A stretch of 64,000 bases of DNA from Syntrophorhabdaceae bacterium (lineage in GTDB: Bacteria > Desulfobacterota > Syntrophorhabdia > Syntrophorhabdales > Syntrophorhabdaceae). This document shows, piece by piece, positions 40,788 through 50,516 of this stretch. A program made the position numbers and the translations under genes. The stretch's first letter is position 1. Each line of letters starts with the position of its first letter. The DNA is taken from contig OY762209.1 in NCBI GenBank assembly GCA_963665295.1, positions 4,384,001 to 4,448,000 on the forward strand, given 5' to 3'. A model generated the notes under the pieces. That model saw nothing but the letters and a program-made list of their open reading frames with translations, searched no databases and was not told the DNA's origin.

Positions 40788-42407
40788 TCAGTTCACAAGT
40801 TCAATGAAGGCAAAGACCTCCCCGTCGAAAAGCCCTTTATCGCTCAATTTAAGCTTAGGTATCACGAGAAGGGCCATAAAGGAAAGGGTCATAAAGGGCG
40901 CATTCAGAAACGAACCGAGTTGTTTCGCCATATGGTCCAGCCTGTTGTATCTTCGTGCCACAATCTCCCCCTCTTCGTCGCTCATGAGCCCCGCTACCGG
41001 GAGAGGGAGTACTTCCGAGGTATGGTCATGCACCACGGATAAGCCGCCTTTTGCCTCTATCACCTGATTGACCGCCTCGCAGATATCCTCGTCCGTCACT
41101 CCGACTGCGATTATATTGTGGGAATCATGGGCAACAGACGAGGCTATCGCCCCCTTTTTCAAGCCGAAGTTCTTTACAAACCCTATTGCCGGGGGAAGGT
41201 CCTCATAACGGTTCACCACAGCGAGCTTCAATATATCCCCCTCTGTATCGGAGGCCAGTTTGCCCTTGTGAGATTTCAGCAGGGCCTTCGTCCTGCCTGT
41301 GATTACCTGATTATCAATGGCCTCAATGACGTTGACGGTCCTTTTCTGCCCTTGCACCGCGAAATCGCCGGGCACTTTCTTCGAGGCCCCAAAGGAGTTG
41401 ATCTTGAGAGCGGGCGCACGGGGAATAAGTGACACACCGTCCTTTGCCACGAGCCTGCCATCAATATATGTCTTGAGGATGTCGAGCCTGTTCAGGTTCC
41501 CCACCTCCAGAAAGTCTGCAGGGTCTCCCGTGCGGAGCAGCCCCACGTCGAGTCCATAATGTACGACCGGGTTGACAGAAGCACACTGAAGCAGGGTCAG
41601 TATATCAATGCCCATTTTCAGTCCCCTTTTTATCAATTCATTGATATGGCCGCTTACAAGGTCGTCAGGATGTTTGTCATCACTACAGAACAGGCACTGT
41701 TTGGGATACGCCGCAATAAGCGGGCTAAGGACATCGAAATTCTTCGCCGCTGATCCTTCCCTGATGATGAGCTTCATGCCGAGAGATAGCTTCTCCGCAC
41801 CTTCATCATACTGGAAGGATTCGTGATCCGTGGATATCCCCGCCATTACGTACTTTCTCAGCGCCTCACCCCTCACACCGGGAGCGTGCCCGTCAATCGG
41901 CACTCCAAGGCTCCGGGCGATCCTTATCTTTTCCATGACCTCCGGGTCACCATGGAGCACACCCGGAAAATTCATCATCTCGCTGAGGTATTTCACTCCG
42001 TCGTCCCTGAACAGGGACTCTATCGCCCGGGCATCCAGTTTCGCGCCCGCCGTCTCGAAGGGCGTCGCCGGCACGCAGGAAGGTGCCCCGAAACAGAACT
42101 TGAACGGCGTTGACCTACCGTTCTCTATCATGTACTTCACGCCCTCTACCCCGAGAACGTTGGCAATTTCGTGAGGATCGGAAACGCTCGCTACGGTACC
42201 GTGGATCACGGCGAGCCGCGAAAACTCGGCCGGCACCAGCATGGAGCTTTCGATATGAACATGAGCGTCGACAAAACCCGGCATGATGTACGTGCCGAAT
42301 TTTCTACTTTCCCTTTTGATGCCCGCAATTCTGCCGTCCCGCACGTCCACGGTTGCGGGATAGATCTCTGATTCCAGGACATTGATCAGGTTTCCCGAGA
42401 CACGCAT
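40788..42407 (-). CDS. ade: Adenine deaminase
   Basis: PGFVDAHVHIESSM, DPHEIANV, SEMMNFPG, DGHAPG, SSVAHDSHN. Confidence 0.95.
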   Translation of the reverse strand: MRVSGNLINVLESEIYPATVDVRDGRIAGIKRESRKFGTYIMPGFVDAHVHIESSMLVPAEFSRLAVIHGTVASVSDPHEIANVLGVEGVKYMIENGRSTPFKFCFGAPSCVPATPFETAGAKLDARAIESLFRDDGVKYLSEMMNFPGVLHGDPEVMEKIRIARSLGVPIDGHAPGVRGEALRKYVMAGISTDHESFQYDEGAEKLSLGMKLIIREGSAAKNFDVLSPLIAAYPKQCLFCSDDKHPDDLVSGHINELIKRGLKMGIDILTLLQCASVNPVVHYGLDVGLLRTGDPADFLEVGNLNRLDILKTYIDGRLVAKDGVSLIPRAPALKINSFGASKKVPGDFAVQGQKRTVNVIEAIDNQVITGRTKALLKSHKGKLASDTEGDILKLAVVNRYEDLPPAIGFVKNFGLKKGAIASSVAHDSHNIIAVGVTDEDICEAVNQVIEAKGGLSVVHDHTSEVLPLPVAGLMSDEEGEIVARRYNRLDHMAKQLGSFLNAPFMTLSFMALLVIPKLKLSDKGLFDGEVFAFIELVN

Positions 42408-42510
42408 CAGATGGTACTCACCCTTCCCCCTGCCCGGCCTTCAATGGCTCGGCGGTAAAGGTAAAGGCCTTTCTTATACATACGTTATCTGCAGAACGGT
42501 TACGATACCG

Positions 42511-43059
42511 TCAGTCCGCCTTCAGGATAACCGTTTCATTAAATGCCCTTGTATAGGCATTAATATTCTTCTGAGCGTTTATCCCGAACCTGTTTTTCAC
42601 AGGCTCCTCAAGAGATTCGAGAGGTACCACTCCGGTGGCCTTTACGAGGGCTCCCAGCATAGTGGTATTTGTTATCGGCACCCCAAGCTCTTCCTTGGCG
42701 ATCTTTGTCCCATCCACATAGGCAATATTATGCCCCGGAAACAGCATCATGAGATCTTCAACGGGCTTGTGGGTATTTATGATGACGAATCCGTCTTTCA
42801 AACCTTCCGTGGGGTTAACGGTCCCCAGCAGCGTTGCATCCAGGATGATCACCGCGTCAGGCTTATAGACTTTCGACCTCAGCCTTATCGGTTTATCCGA
42901 CACTCTTAAAAAGGCAAGGACAGGCGCCCCTCTTCTTTCCGGGCCAAAACTCGGGAATGCCTGGGCATATCTGCCTTTCGCGATGGCTGCCTGGGCTATT
43001 ATTTCTGCCGAGGTTACAGCTCCCTGGCCGCCTCTTCCGTGAAATCTCACCTCTATCAT
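42511..43059 (-). CDS. 2-oxoacid:ferredoxin oxidoreductase gamma subunit (PorC-like), orphan
   Basis: MIEVRFHGRGGQGAVT, FGPERRGAPV, NTTMLGA; ATGA overlap with the cysS stop. Confidence 0.88.
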   Translation of the reverse strand: MIEVRFHGRGGQGAVTSAEIIAQAAIAKGRYAQAFPSFGPERRGAPVLAFLRVSDKPIRLRSKVYKPDAVIILDATLLGTVNPTEGLKDGFVIINTHKPVEDLMMLFPGHNIAYVDGTKIAKEELGVPITNTTMLGALVKATGVVPLESLEEPVKNRFGINAQKNINAYTRAFNETVILKAD

Positions 43060-44519
43060 CTGTCCTCTCCTTTCGTCGTAACTCCACTTTTTATTCTCCA
43101 CTCGGTGCCCTTGGGCGAATCCTGCAAAAGGATTCCTTTCTGAGCGAGAGTATCTCTTATTTCATCCGACTTCTTGTAGTCCTTGTTCTTCCGGGCCTGC
43201 ACCCTTTCTTCGATCATACCCTCAATGGAGGCGGCATCCAGCCCCATACGACTCAGGTGCCTCGTTCTTTCCTTTTCCGAGAACGCGTCCACGTCGTCAA
43301 GCAAAAGACCTATGCCCTGCGCGAGGGTGACAAGAACGTCCCTGGCATAGAGAATGCGTGGGACCCTGCTCTCGTCATGCTCGTCCACCATCCGGTTTAC
43401 CATTTTCGACAGCTCAAAGACCGAACTGAGGGCAAGGGCTGTGTTGAAATCATCATCCATGGCCTCGTAGAACTTCTCCTCCAGTTCACGAGCTGCTCGA
43501 AAAGGCGCCGCTGATGCCTCTTTCCCTTTTCCTGCTTCCCGGGCTCTTTCCAGGGTATAATAGAGTCTCTGGAGCGCGTTATTCGTATCCTCTATCGATT
43601 TATCGGTATAATCAACAGGATTCCTGTAATGAGTCGATAGGAAGAAAAGTCTCAGGACCTCGGGATGATACTCCTTCATGAAGTCCTTTATGAGAAGAAA
43701 ATTGCCGAGAGACTTTGACATCTTTTCCTTCTCGATGTTCACGAATCCGTTGTGGACCCAGTAATTCACGAATCGAACGCCCGTGGCCGCCTCGCTCTGG
43801 GCGCGCTCGTTTTCATGGTGCGGGAAGACAAGGTCTTTCCCTCCCCCGTGTATGTCAAAGGGGGAGCCGAGGTATTTCGTGCTCATCACGGAGCACTCTA
43901 TATGCCATCCCGGTCTGCCTTTACCGAACGACGTCTCCCAGTACGGCTCACCCTCTTTCGAACCCTTCCACAGGGCAAAATCGAGGGGGTTCCTCTTCCT
44001 GTCATCCACATCGACCCGCGCCCCCGCCATCATCTCATCGAGACTCCGGTTGGACAGCCTGCCGTAACCGACAAAGCTTTCTACGGAAAAGTAGACATCG
44101 TCATCAACCCTGTATGCGTGTCCCTTGTCAAGGAGAGTTTCCACGAGACGTATCATATCATCGATATGTTCCGTGGCCCTCGGCTCATAGGTGGGAGTGA
44201 GGATGTTCAAGGCCCCCATATCTTCCTTAAAAGACCTGATATACTTCTCCCCTACTTCCTTCCACGGGACGCCTTCCGTATTCGCCTTCTTCAGTATCTT
44301 ATCGTCGATATCGGTGAAGTTCTTCACGAAGACGACGTCAAGACCTTTCGCCTTGAGATACCGGTAAATCACGTCGAATACGATGGCGCTCCTCGCGTGA
44401 CCGATATGACAATGGTCATAAACGGTTACACCGCATACATAGAGTTTTGCCCTGCCTTCCTCGACGGGTTTGAATTCTTCCTTGTTTCCAGTGAATGTGT
44501 TGTATATTTTTATAGACAT
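43056..44519 (-). CDS. cysS: Cysteine--tRNA ligase
   Basis: CGVTVYD, HIGH, GRPGWHIECS, KMSKS. Confidence 0.97.
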   Translation of the reverse strand: MSIKIYNTFTGNKEEFKPVEEGRAKLYVCGVTVYDHCHIGHARSAIVFDVIYRYLKAKGLDVVFVKNFTDIDDKILKKANTEGVPWKEVGEKYIRSFKEDMGALNILTPTYEPRATEHIDDMIRLVETLLDKGHAYRVDDDVYFSVESFVGYGRLSNRSLDEMMAGARVDVDDRKRNPLDFALWKGSKEGEPYWETSFGKGRPGWHIECSVMSTKYLGSPFDIHGGGKDLVFPHHENERAQSEAATGVRFVNYWVHNGFVNIEKEKMSKSLGNFLLIKDFMKEYHPEVLRLFFLSTHYRNPVDYTDKSIEDTNNALQRLYYTLERAREAGKGKEASAAPFRAARELEEKFYEAMDDDFNTALALSSVFELSKMVNRMVDEHDESRVPRILYARDVLVTLAQGIGLLLDDVDAFSEKERTRHLSRMGLDAASIEGMIEERVQARKNKDYKKSDEIRDTLAQKGILLQDSPKGTEWRIKSGVTTKGEDR

Positions 44520-44592
44520 ATGTTGCTATTTTTATCACAACGTGCGCCCCCTTGTCAAAACTTATCTGAGCCTCGGGGCCGGCCTTTTGGAA

Positions 44593-44622
44593 TTGACAAG
44601 GGTCACCTCCTTGAATTATTAT
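44593..44622 (+). promoter_or_regulatory. Sigma70-like promoter of the leader/metal-uptake operon
   Basis: TTGACA (44593-44598), N18, TATTAT (44617-44622). Confidence 0.55.
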
Positions 44623-44648
44623 TTGCCCATGAGATCGGAAGGACGCTC

Positions 44649-44963
44649 ATGAGTCTCGTGAGAAGGGAAGCGCACTCCCCTTCGTATGCCGGACGCAGAT
44701 CAACCGCCGGGAAGGTCCTGGCGGTTCTCTTTTGCGTTTGTCTTCTCCTTTCCCTCGGGATGGGCTTTCACCACCATACGGACGGGCTTGAACACCCCGA
44801 TTGCCCAACCTGTGCACTTTCGTCCCTACCGGTAATCGGATCGGCATCCTGCGATTCAGCGCCTTTTTTTGTGGACATCGTGTTTTTGGCGCCCCTCCGG
44901 GATTTCCGTCCTCTTTGTTCTTCCCTCGATTCCACTCATGCCATAAGGGCGCCTCCCGCCTGA
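44649..44963 (+). CDS. DUF2946-like leader protein (TM, HHH-x5-H-x2-CxxC, C-terminal RAPP)
   Basis: MSLVRREAHSPSYAGRRSTAGKVLAVLFCVCLLLSLGMGFHHHTDGLEHPDCPTCALSS...THAIRAPPA*. Hidden in the ORF track as the 3' end of shadow ORF 43752-44963. Confidence 0.8.
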   Translation: MSLVRREAHSPSYAGRRSTAGKVLAVLFCVCLLLSLGMGFHHHTDGLEHPDCPTCALSSLPVIGSASCDSAPFFVDIVFLAPLRDFRPLCSSLDSTHAIRAPPA

Positions 44964-45058
44964 CATTCTTCACCCGCACCACAAATCCATAATAAAAGAT
45001 TCCCAACGGAGGAGTATCACCACCGTACGCTCCGCCCTGAATTCGCGAGGAGGCACCA

Positions 45059-46411
45059 ATGCATAAGACGCTTGTCTTTGCCCTTCTCTTCGCGTGTCTC
45101 GGTTATTCAAGTTCATTTGCAGGTAATCTTGAATCGAGGCTGAACGCGATGGAGGAGACCTTAAGGAAGCAACAGGAGACAATCAACGAGCAGCGCAAAA
45201 TGATCGAGGAATTGAAAGGCGAATTGGCAACAGTAAAGAAGCAGGAGACCGCCCCCGCGGTTGCCGATATACCTCCGGGGACCGCGGGTGAGCCGAAGAT
45301 GTCCGGCATATCCGGTCTTTTCGGCGGCGCATGGATGACCAATCCGTATATTTCCTTTGTGTTGAACACCAATTTCTACTCCTCCAGCATCAATGAAAGG
45401 GAACTATCCAACAGGGGAATCCCCGGTTACTCAAACCTGGGTTTCGAGCAGAAGAAAGGGTTCAATATCAGCGAGGGTGAATTATTCCTTTTCGCTCCCG
45501 TGGATCCCTATTTTAATCTCTATGCCAATATACCCTTTACGGAAAGCGGCAGTTCCCTTGAAGAGGCATACTTTATTACCACCTCCCTCCCCGAGGGTTT
45601 GCAGGTAAAGGGAGGTAAATTCAAGAGCAACTTCAGTCGTTTCAATGCGCAGCACCCCCACGCATGGGATTTCGCCGACGCTCCTCTGTCGTACCGGGCC
45701 TTCCTCGGCAACGAAGGTCTCATCGAGAAGGGGGTACAGTTGACCTATCTCCCGGCTCTGCCCTTCTACACTCTCCTCGGAGTGGAAGTGCTCCAGGGGG
45801 AAAACGAAGTCATGTTCAACCAGAACGCCACAGGAGGTCCTCACGCCTTCACCGGGTATTTGAAACAATCCGTTGATCTGGGTGACTATTCCACCCTGCT
45901 TTTCGGCCCCTATGCCGTAGGCGGCCAAACGCGCACCACCACCGTTGCGAACGGTACCTTTCTGATGGGCAATACGCAACTCTATGGGTTTGAAACCGTC
46001 TTCAAATGGAAACCCTCGAAATACAGAAGCCTTATTGTCCAGGGAGAGTACATGATACGCAATCAGGACGGCACCCTTTACGATGCCTCGCCAAACACCG
46101 CCTCCAGTCTTAAGAGGTCCCAGGACGGCGCATACATTCAGGCCCTTTATCAGATCGACAGGTGGAGGTTCGGCGCGCGATACGATCGCCTCGGTCTGTT
46201 CAGGACCGATTACACGCTTGCGGGCGTGGAGCAGAGCTTCGGGCAGGACCCGTGGCGGGCCACTGCCGCAGTCGAGCTGAACCTGAGCGAGTTCTCCCGC
46301 CTGAGGCTTCAGTACAACTACGATCGGTCGGGCGGAGACGGACGGACAAACAACGAGGTCTTTTTGCAGCTTATTCTGGGCATCGGCGCACACGCCGCCC
46401 ATTCATTCTAA
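45059..46411 (+). CDS. Outer-membrane beta-barrel / porin of metal-uptake operons
   Basis: Signal peptide, coiled coil, amphipathic strands, HPHAWDF, C-terminal LGIGAHAAHSF. Confidence 0.75.
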   Translation: MHKTLVFALLFACLGYSSSFAGNLESRLNAMEETLRKQQETINEQRKMIEELKGELATVKKQETAPAVADIPPGTAGEPKMSGISGLFGGAWMTNPYISFVLNTNFYSSSINERELSNRGIPGYSNLGFEQKKGFNISEGELFLFAPVDPYFNLYANIPFTESGSSLEEAYFITTSLPEGLQVKGGKFKSNFSRFNAQHPHAWDFADAPLSYRAFLGNEGLIEKGVQLTYLPALPFYTLLGVEVLQGENEVMFNQNATGGPHAFTGYLKQSVDLGDYSTLLFGPYAVGGQTRTTTVANGTFLMGNTQLYGFETVFKWKPSKYRSLIVQGEYMIRNQDGTLYDASPNTASSLKRSQDGAYIQALYQIDRWRFGARYDRLGLFRTDYTLAGVEQSFGQDPWRATAAVELNLSEFSRLRLQYNYDRSGGDGRTNNEVFLQLILGIGAHAAHSF

Positions 46412-46423
46412 GGAGACGTCACA

Positions 46424-47308
46424 ATGAAGAAACCAACCATACTGATCTTTCTCATCACATTCCTTTTTGCCTGGCCCGCCTTTGCCGAACTGAACGTGGT
46501 GACCACCCTTCCATGGATAGGGAGTATCGTGAACGATCTGGGCCGGGACAAGGTGAAGGTGACGGTCCTGGTCAAGCCGAGCCAGGATCCCCACATGATC
46601 GAAGCGAAACCGAGCATGATCCTTGCGGCGAGAAGGGCCGATCTCATTATGTACAACGGCCTCGACCTTGAAATAGGCTATCTTCCTATCCTTATCGAGT
46701 CATCACGGAATCCGAAGATTCAGCCGGGCAGGCCGGGTAATTTCGATTGTTCCCGTTTTGTGGCGGCCATCGAGAAGCCCCTCGCCGCCGACAGAAGCCT
46801 GGGGGACGTCCATCCCCTGGGCAACCCCCACTATCATCTTTCGCCCGGGAATATGCGTAATATTGCGGAAGGCATTTCCCGGACCCTGTCCCAATTGGAC
46901 CCCGGAAACGCATCTTTCTACCAGGAAAACGCGTCCGGCTTCCGGAAGAAGCTCGACGAGAGAAGGAAGGAGTGGGGAACAGCGCAATTGCGGGGGAAGA
47001 AATTTGTCAGCTACCACAAGTATTTCGAATACCTTGCACAGGAATACGGGTTCCAGCTTGTGGGATACATCGAAGCCAAGCCGGGTATCCCGCCGTCTCC
47101 CGGCCATATCGAAAGTCTCATTGAACTCGCGAAGGGAACAAAACTGGACGGCATACTTACCACCGCATATTTTCCACGGACAGCTCCCGATTTTCTTGCC
47201 CGAAAAACGGGCCTCAAGGTAATTGTCATTCCCCATGAAGTGGGTGCCACGCCTCAGGCAACGGACTGGTTCAAACTCATGGACCTTGTATTCGCCTCAT
47301 TATCGTAA
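46424..47308 (+). CDS. Cluster A-I (ZnuA/TroA-type) metal ABC substrate-binding protein
   Basis: QDPHMIE, NGLDLE, GDVHPLGNPHY, YHKYFEYL, KPGIPPSPGH. Confidence 0.88.
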   Translation: MKKPTILIFLITFLFAWPAFAELNVVTTLPWIGSIVNDLGRDKVKVTVLVKPSQDPHMIEAKPSMILAARRADLIMYNGLDLEIGYLPILIESSRNPKIQPGRPGNFDCSRFVAAIEKPLAADRSLGDVHPLGNPHYHLSPGNMRNIAEGISRTLSQLDPGNASFYQENASGFRKKLDERRKEWGTAQLRGKKFVSYHKYFEYLAQEYGFQLVGYIEAKPGIPPSPGHIESLIELAKGTKLDGILTTAYFPRTAPDFLARKTGLKVIVIPHEVGATPQATDWFKLMDLVFASLS

Positions 47309-47319
47309 GGAGACAATGA

Positions 47320-48117
47320 ATGGAAGCGCTACAGTTGCTTATGTATCCCTTTCTCGCCTGCCTCTGCCTGATCCTGATCCACGCCTATTTCGGTATTCAT
47401 GTTCTCGAACGGGGGATCATTTTCGTGGACCTTTCCCTCGCGCAATTCACGGGCCTCGGCATCGCGTGTGCCCTCTATGCCGGGGCCGGCTCGCACGGCC
47501 AGTACCTCTACTCCGCCGCCTTTGCCGTAATGGGCGCCCTTCTCCTTTCTTTCTCCCGCCGCATATCCCGGTTCGTCAATATAGAGGCCTTTATCGGTGT
47601 GCTCTACATCTTCGGTCTCTCCGCGAGCGTCCTCATACTCGACCGCACGCCTCACGGCCTCGAGGAATTGAAGTCCATCTTCAACGGCAACATACTCTGG
47701 GTAAGCGGAGGGGATGTGCTGAAGGCATTCTTTCTTTATGCAGTAATAGGGGCCTTCCATTTCATTTTCAGAAGACGTTTCTTTGCCCTCACAAGGAACG
47801 GGGAACAGTCCGTGCTATGGGAGTTTCTTTTCTTTCTCAGTTTTGCTCTCGTCCTTGTAAGCTCGGTGAAACTTGCAGGGATACTCCAAGTCTTTGCCTT
47901 CCTCGTTATTCCCGCTCTGATAGGAAGGCTTTTCGGCAACGCTCCCGGTAAGGTCCTCATTGGAGGCTGGCTCATCGGAGTCGGGGCAAGCATTTTCGGT
48001 CTTGCAGTCTCTTATCGCCTGGACCTGCCCGCCGCTCCCCTGATTGTTGCCTCCCTCTGTCTGGCCTTCTTCTCTCTTCTGGGAGCAAAGGCGCTCCTTG
48101 CAGGGAAGTCATCATGA
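47320..48117 (+). CDS. Metal ABC transporter permease (ZnuB/MntB family)
   Basis: GIHVLERGIIFVDLSLAQ, GILQVFAFLVIPA; multiple TMs. Confidence 0.85.
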   Translation: MEALQLLMYPFLACLCLILIHAYFGIHVLERGIIFVDLSLAQFTGLGIACALYAGAGSHGQYLYSAAFAVMGALLLSFSRRISRFVNIEAFIGVLYIFGLSASVLILDRTPHGLEELKSIFNGNILWVSGGDVLKAFFLYAVIGAFHFIFRRRFFALTRNGEQSVLWEFLFFLSFALVLVSSVKLAGILQVFAFLVIPALIGRLFGNAPGKVLIGGWLIGVGASIFGLAVSYRLDLPAAPLIVASLCLAFFSLLGAKALLAGKSS

Positions 48118-48159
48118 CGCCCTTGGCCACCCCTGGTTCCGTTTCCTCCGGGCCCCTTT

Positions 48160-48849
48160 CTACACCATGAGGTACTTCTTCTTCACATCCTCGTTGGCTT
48201 CAAGCTCGGCAACGGTCCCCTCGAAGCGGATGATCCCCTCGTCGATGACGTAGGCCCTGTCGATCATCCTCAAGGCGGATCTCACGTTCTGCTCGGAGAG
48301 GAGGATGCTGATCCCCGCGTCTTTGAGCTTTACGATCTGCTCCTCCAGGTCCCGGACAATAAGGGGAGCGAGCCCTTCGGTAGGCTCATCGAGGAGAAGG
48401 AGGTCGGGGCTGCTCATGAGGGCCCGGCCTATGGTGAGCATCTGCTGCTCCCCTCCGGAGAGGTTCCCTGCGCGTCTGGTCTTGATGTCGGCGAGAGGGG
48501 GGAATACCTGGTAGACCCGTTCCTTGGTCCACTGGTCGGTCCTTTTGAAGGCGATCTCCAGGTTGTCGTCCACGGAGAGGTCGGCGAATACCCTGCGGTC
48601 ATCGGGCACATACCCCATGCCCGCCCGTACGAGGAGGAAGGGTTTGCGGTGGGTGATATCCTCGTTCTTGAAGGTGATGGTCCCCTCTTTCGGAGGGGTG
48701 AGGCCCATGATACTCCTCATGGTGGTGCTCTTCCCTGCGCCGTTCCTCCCTAAGAGCCCCACTACCTCTCCTTTGGAGACCCTGAGGCTTACATCGAAGA
48801 GTATGTGGCTTAGACCGTAATAGGTGTGAATACTGTTTACATTAAGCAT
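48160..48849 (-). CDS. livF: LIV-type ABC ATP-binding protein
   Basis: GRNGAGKST, LSGGEQQMLTIGRAL, LLDEPTEGLAP. Confidence 0.9.
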   Translation of the reverse strand: MLNVNSIHTYYGLSHILFDVSLRVSKGEVVGLLGRNGAGKSTTMRSIMGLTPPKEGTITFKNEDITHRKPFLLVRAGMGYVPDDRRVFADLSVDDNLEIAFKRTDQWTKERVYQVFPPLADIKTRRAGNLSGGEQQMLTIGRALMSSPDLLLLDEPTEGLAPLIVRDLEEQIVKLKDAGISILLSEQNVRSALRMIDRAYVIDEGIIRFEGTVAELEANEDVKKKYLMV

Positions 48850-49586
48850 ACGTCACTCCCGCCGAGATAGGCATCCTGCACCGCCTGGTTGCATCGCACT
48901 TCTTCGCAGGAGCCCTGAATGATGGTGGCGCCCCGGACCATGACCATGATCCGGTTCGAGATGGAGAAGACAAGTTCCATATCGTGCTCGCAGAAAAGGA
49001 TGGTGAGACCCATCTTTTCCGAAAGCTGCTTGATGAGGTCGATACAGCGGAGGGTCTCCTCAAGGGACATGCCCGCGGTGGGTTCGTCGAGGATCAGAAA
49101 CCGGGGGTTCCCTCCGAGGGCCATGGCGATCTCCAGGACCTTGCGGTCTCCGTGAGAGAGGGCGCCCGATACGGCGTCCCTTTTTCTGGTGAGGCCCACG
49201 CTTTCGAGGATGCCCTCCGTCTCCTCCCTTACGAGCTTATGGGAAGGGGTGAAGAGCTTCCACGTCATGTTTTCCCGGGCAAGGACCGCGACCTGGACGT
49301 TCTCGAAGACGGTCCTTCTCTGGAAGACGTTGACCACCTGGAAGGAGCGGGACATCCCTTTCTTGCAGACCTTGTAGGGGGGAAGGCCCGTAATGTTCTC
49401 CCCCTCGAAGAGGACCGTGCCGGAATCGGGCTTCAGTATCCCCGTGATGAGGTTGAAGAGGGTCGTCTTGCCCGCTCCGTTGGGGCCGATCACTGCGACG
49501 ATCTCACCCTTTTTCACTTCAAGGTTCGCGCCGTTGACCGCCTTGAACCCGCCGAATGTTTTTGTGAGAGATTTTACCTGTAGCAC
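48837..49586 (-). CDS. livG: LIV-type ABC ATP-binding protein
   Basis: GPNGAGKTT, LSHGDRK, DEPTAG, EHDM, AYLG. Confidence 0.9.
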   Translation of the reverse strand: MLQVKSLTKTFGGFKAVNGANLEVKKGEIVAVIGPNGAGKTTLFNLITGILKPDSGTVLFEGENITGLPPYKVCKKGMSRSFQVVNVFQRRTVFENVQVAVLARENMTWKLFTPSHKLVREETEGILESVGLTRKRDAVSGALSHGDRKVLEIAMALGGNPRFLILDEPTAGMSLEETLRCIDLIKQLSEKMGLTILFCEHDMELVFSISNRIMVMVRGATIIQGSCEEVRCNQAVQDAYLGGSDVCLM

Positions 49587-49589
49587 GCC

Positions 49590-50504
49590 TTACCCCTTTT
49601 TTAGCTTTTTATGCCAGTATCCGAGCACCCCGTCGGGGAGAAAGAATATGATGATCATGAGGATAATCCCCAGGAAGAGCGCCCAGTAGACCGTGTAGGT
49701 GCTGATGAAGGTCCGGAGCAACACGATGAGCGCCGCCCCGAGGAGGGGACCCATGAAGGTGAACCATCCCCCGAGGAGGCACATGATCATGATCTCCATG
49801 GAGAAGGTCCAGAAGAGCATGTCAGGGAACACGGTCGTATCGACCACCACGAAAAGAACACCTGCAACGCCTGCGAAGAAACCCGCGATCACGAGGCCCG
49901 CCAGTTGGTGCCTCCTTACGTTGACCCCGATCATCTCGGACCTTATGGGGTTGTCCCTGATCCCCTGGAGCACGCTCCCGAAGGGGGACTTGAGTATCTT
50001 GTAAATGACGAAGAAGGCGGCGGCGGTGATGATCAGGGTGAAGTAGTATGCGCCGTTGGCGGAGGAGATGATGTCGGGGACGGGGACGCCGTGGATGCCG
50101 TCGTCACCCCCGGTCAGGGAATACCACCGGTAGATGACGGCCCACACGAGGGAGCCCAGGGATATCTGGAGCATCCCGAAGTAGAGCTTCGAGAGGCGTA
50201 TGCAGATAAGGCCCATGATGAAGCTTAAGACCGCGGAGACGAGGGGTCCCACGATAAAGCACACCCAGGGAGGGAAGCCCGTCTTGGTGAGCATCAGTGC
50301 CGCCCCGTAGGCCCCTACCCCGTAGAAGACCGCGTGATGGAACTGGTATACCCCCCCGAATCCGAGAATGAAGTTGAGGCTCGTGGCCAAGAGGCCGTAG
50401 AGCAGGATGAGGGAGGCGATGTAGACATAGAACCGGGGGAAGATAAAGGGCAGCGCAAGGAGTATGACCACTCCCCCGTATGCGAAGATGCGATTACGTG
50501 CCAT
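49590..50504 (-). CDS. livM: LIV-type ABC permease
   Basis: TGGDDGI, SPFGSVLQGIRDN, LLGG...GPLLGA. Confidence 0.88.
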   Translation of the reverse strand: MARNRIFAYGGVVILLALPFIFPRFYVYIASLILLYGLLATSLNFILGFGGVYQFHHAVFYGVGAYGAALMLTKTGFPPWVCFIVGPLVSAVLSFIMGLICIRLSKLYFGMLQISLGSLVWAVIYRWYSLTGGDDGIHGVPVPDIISSANGAYYFTLIITAAAFFVIYKILKSPFGSVLQGIRDNPIRSEMIGVNVRRHQLAGLVIAGFFAGVAGVLFVVVDTTVFPDMLFWTFSMEIMIMCLLGGWFTFMGPLLGAALIVLLRTFISTYTVYWALFLGIILMIIIFFLPDGVLGYWHKKLKKG

Positions 50505-50516
50505 GGTGTAAACTCC

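Noticed and set aside
43752..44648. 5' part of the 403-aa plus-strand ORF 43752-44963
   Set aside because: Antisense to cysS. Only the part from ATG 44649, downstream of a promoter, looks like a real gene.
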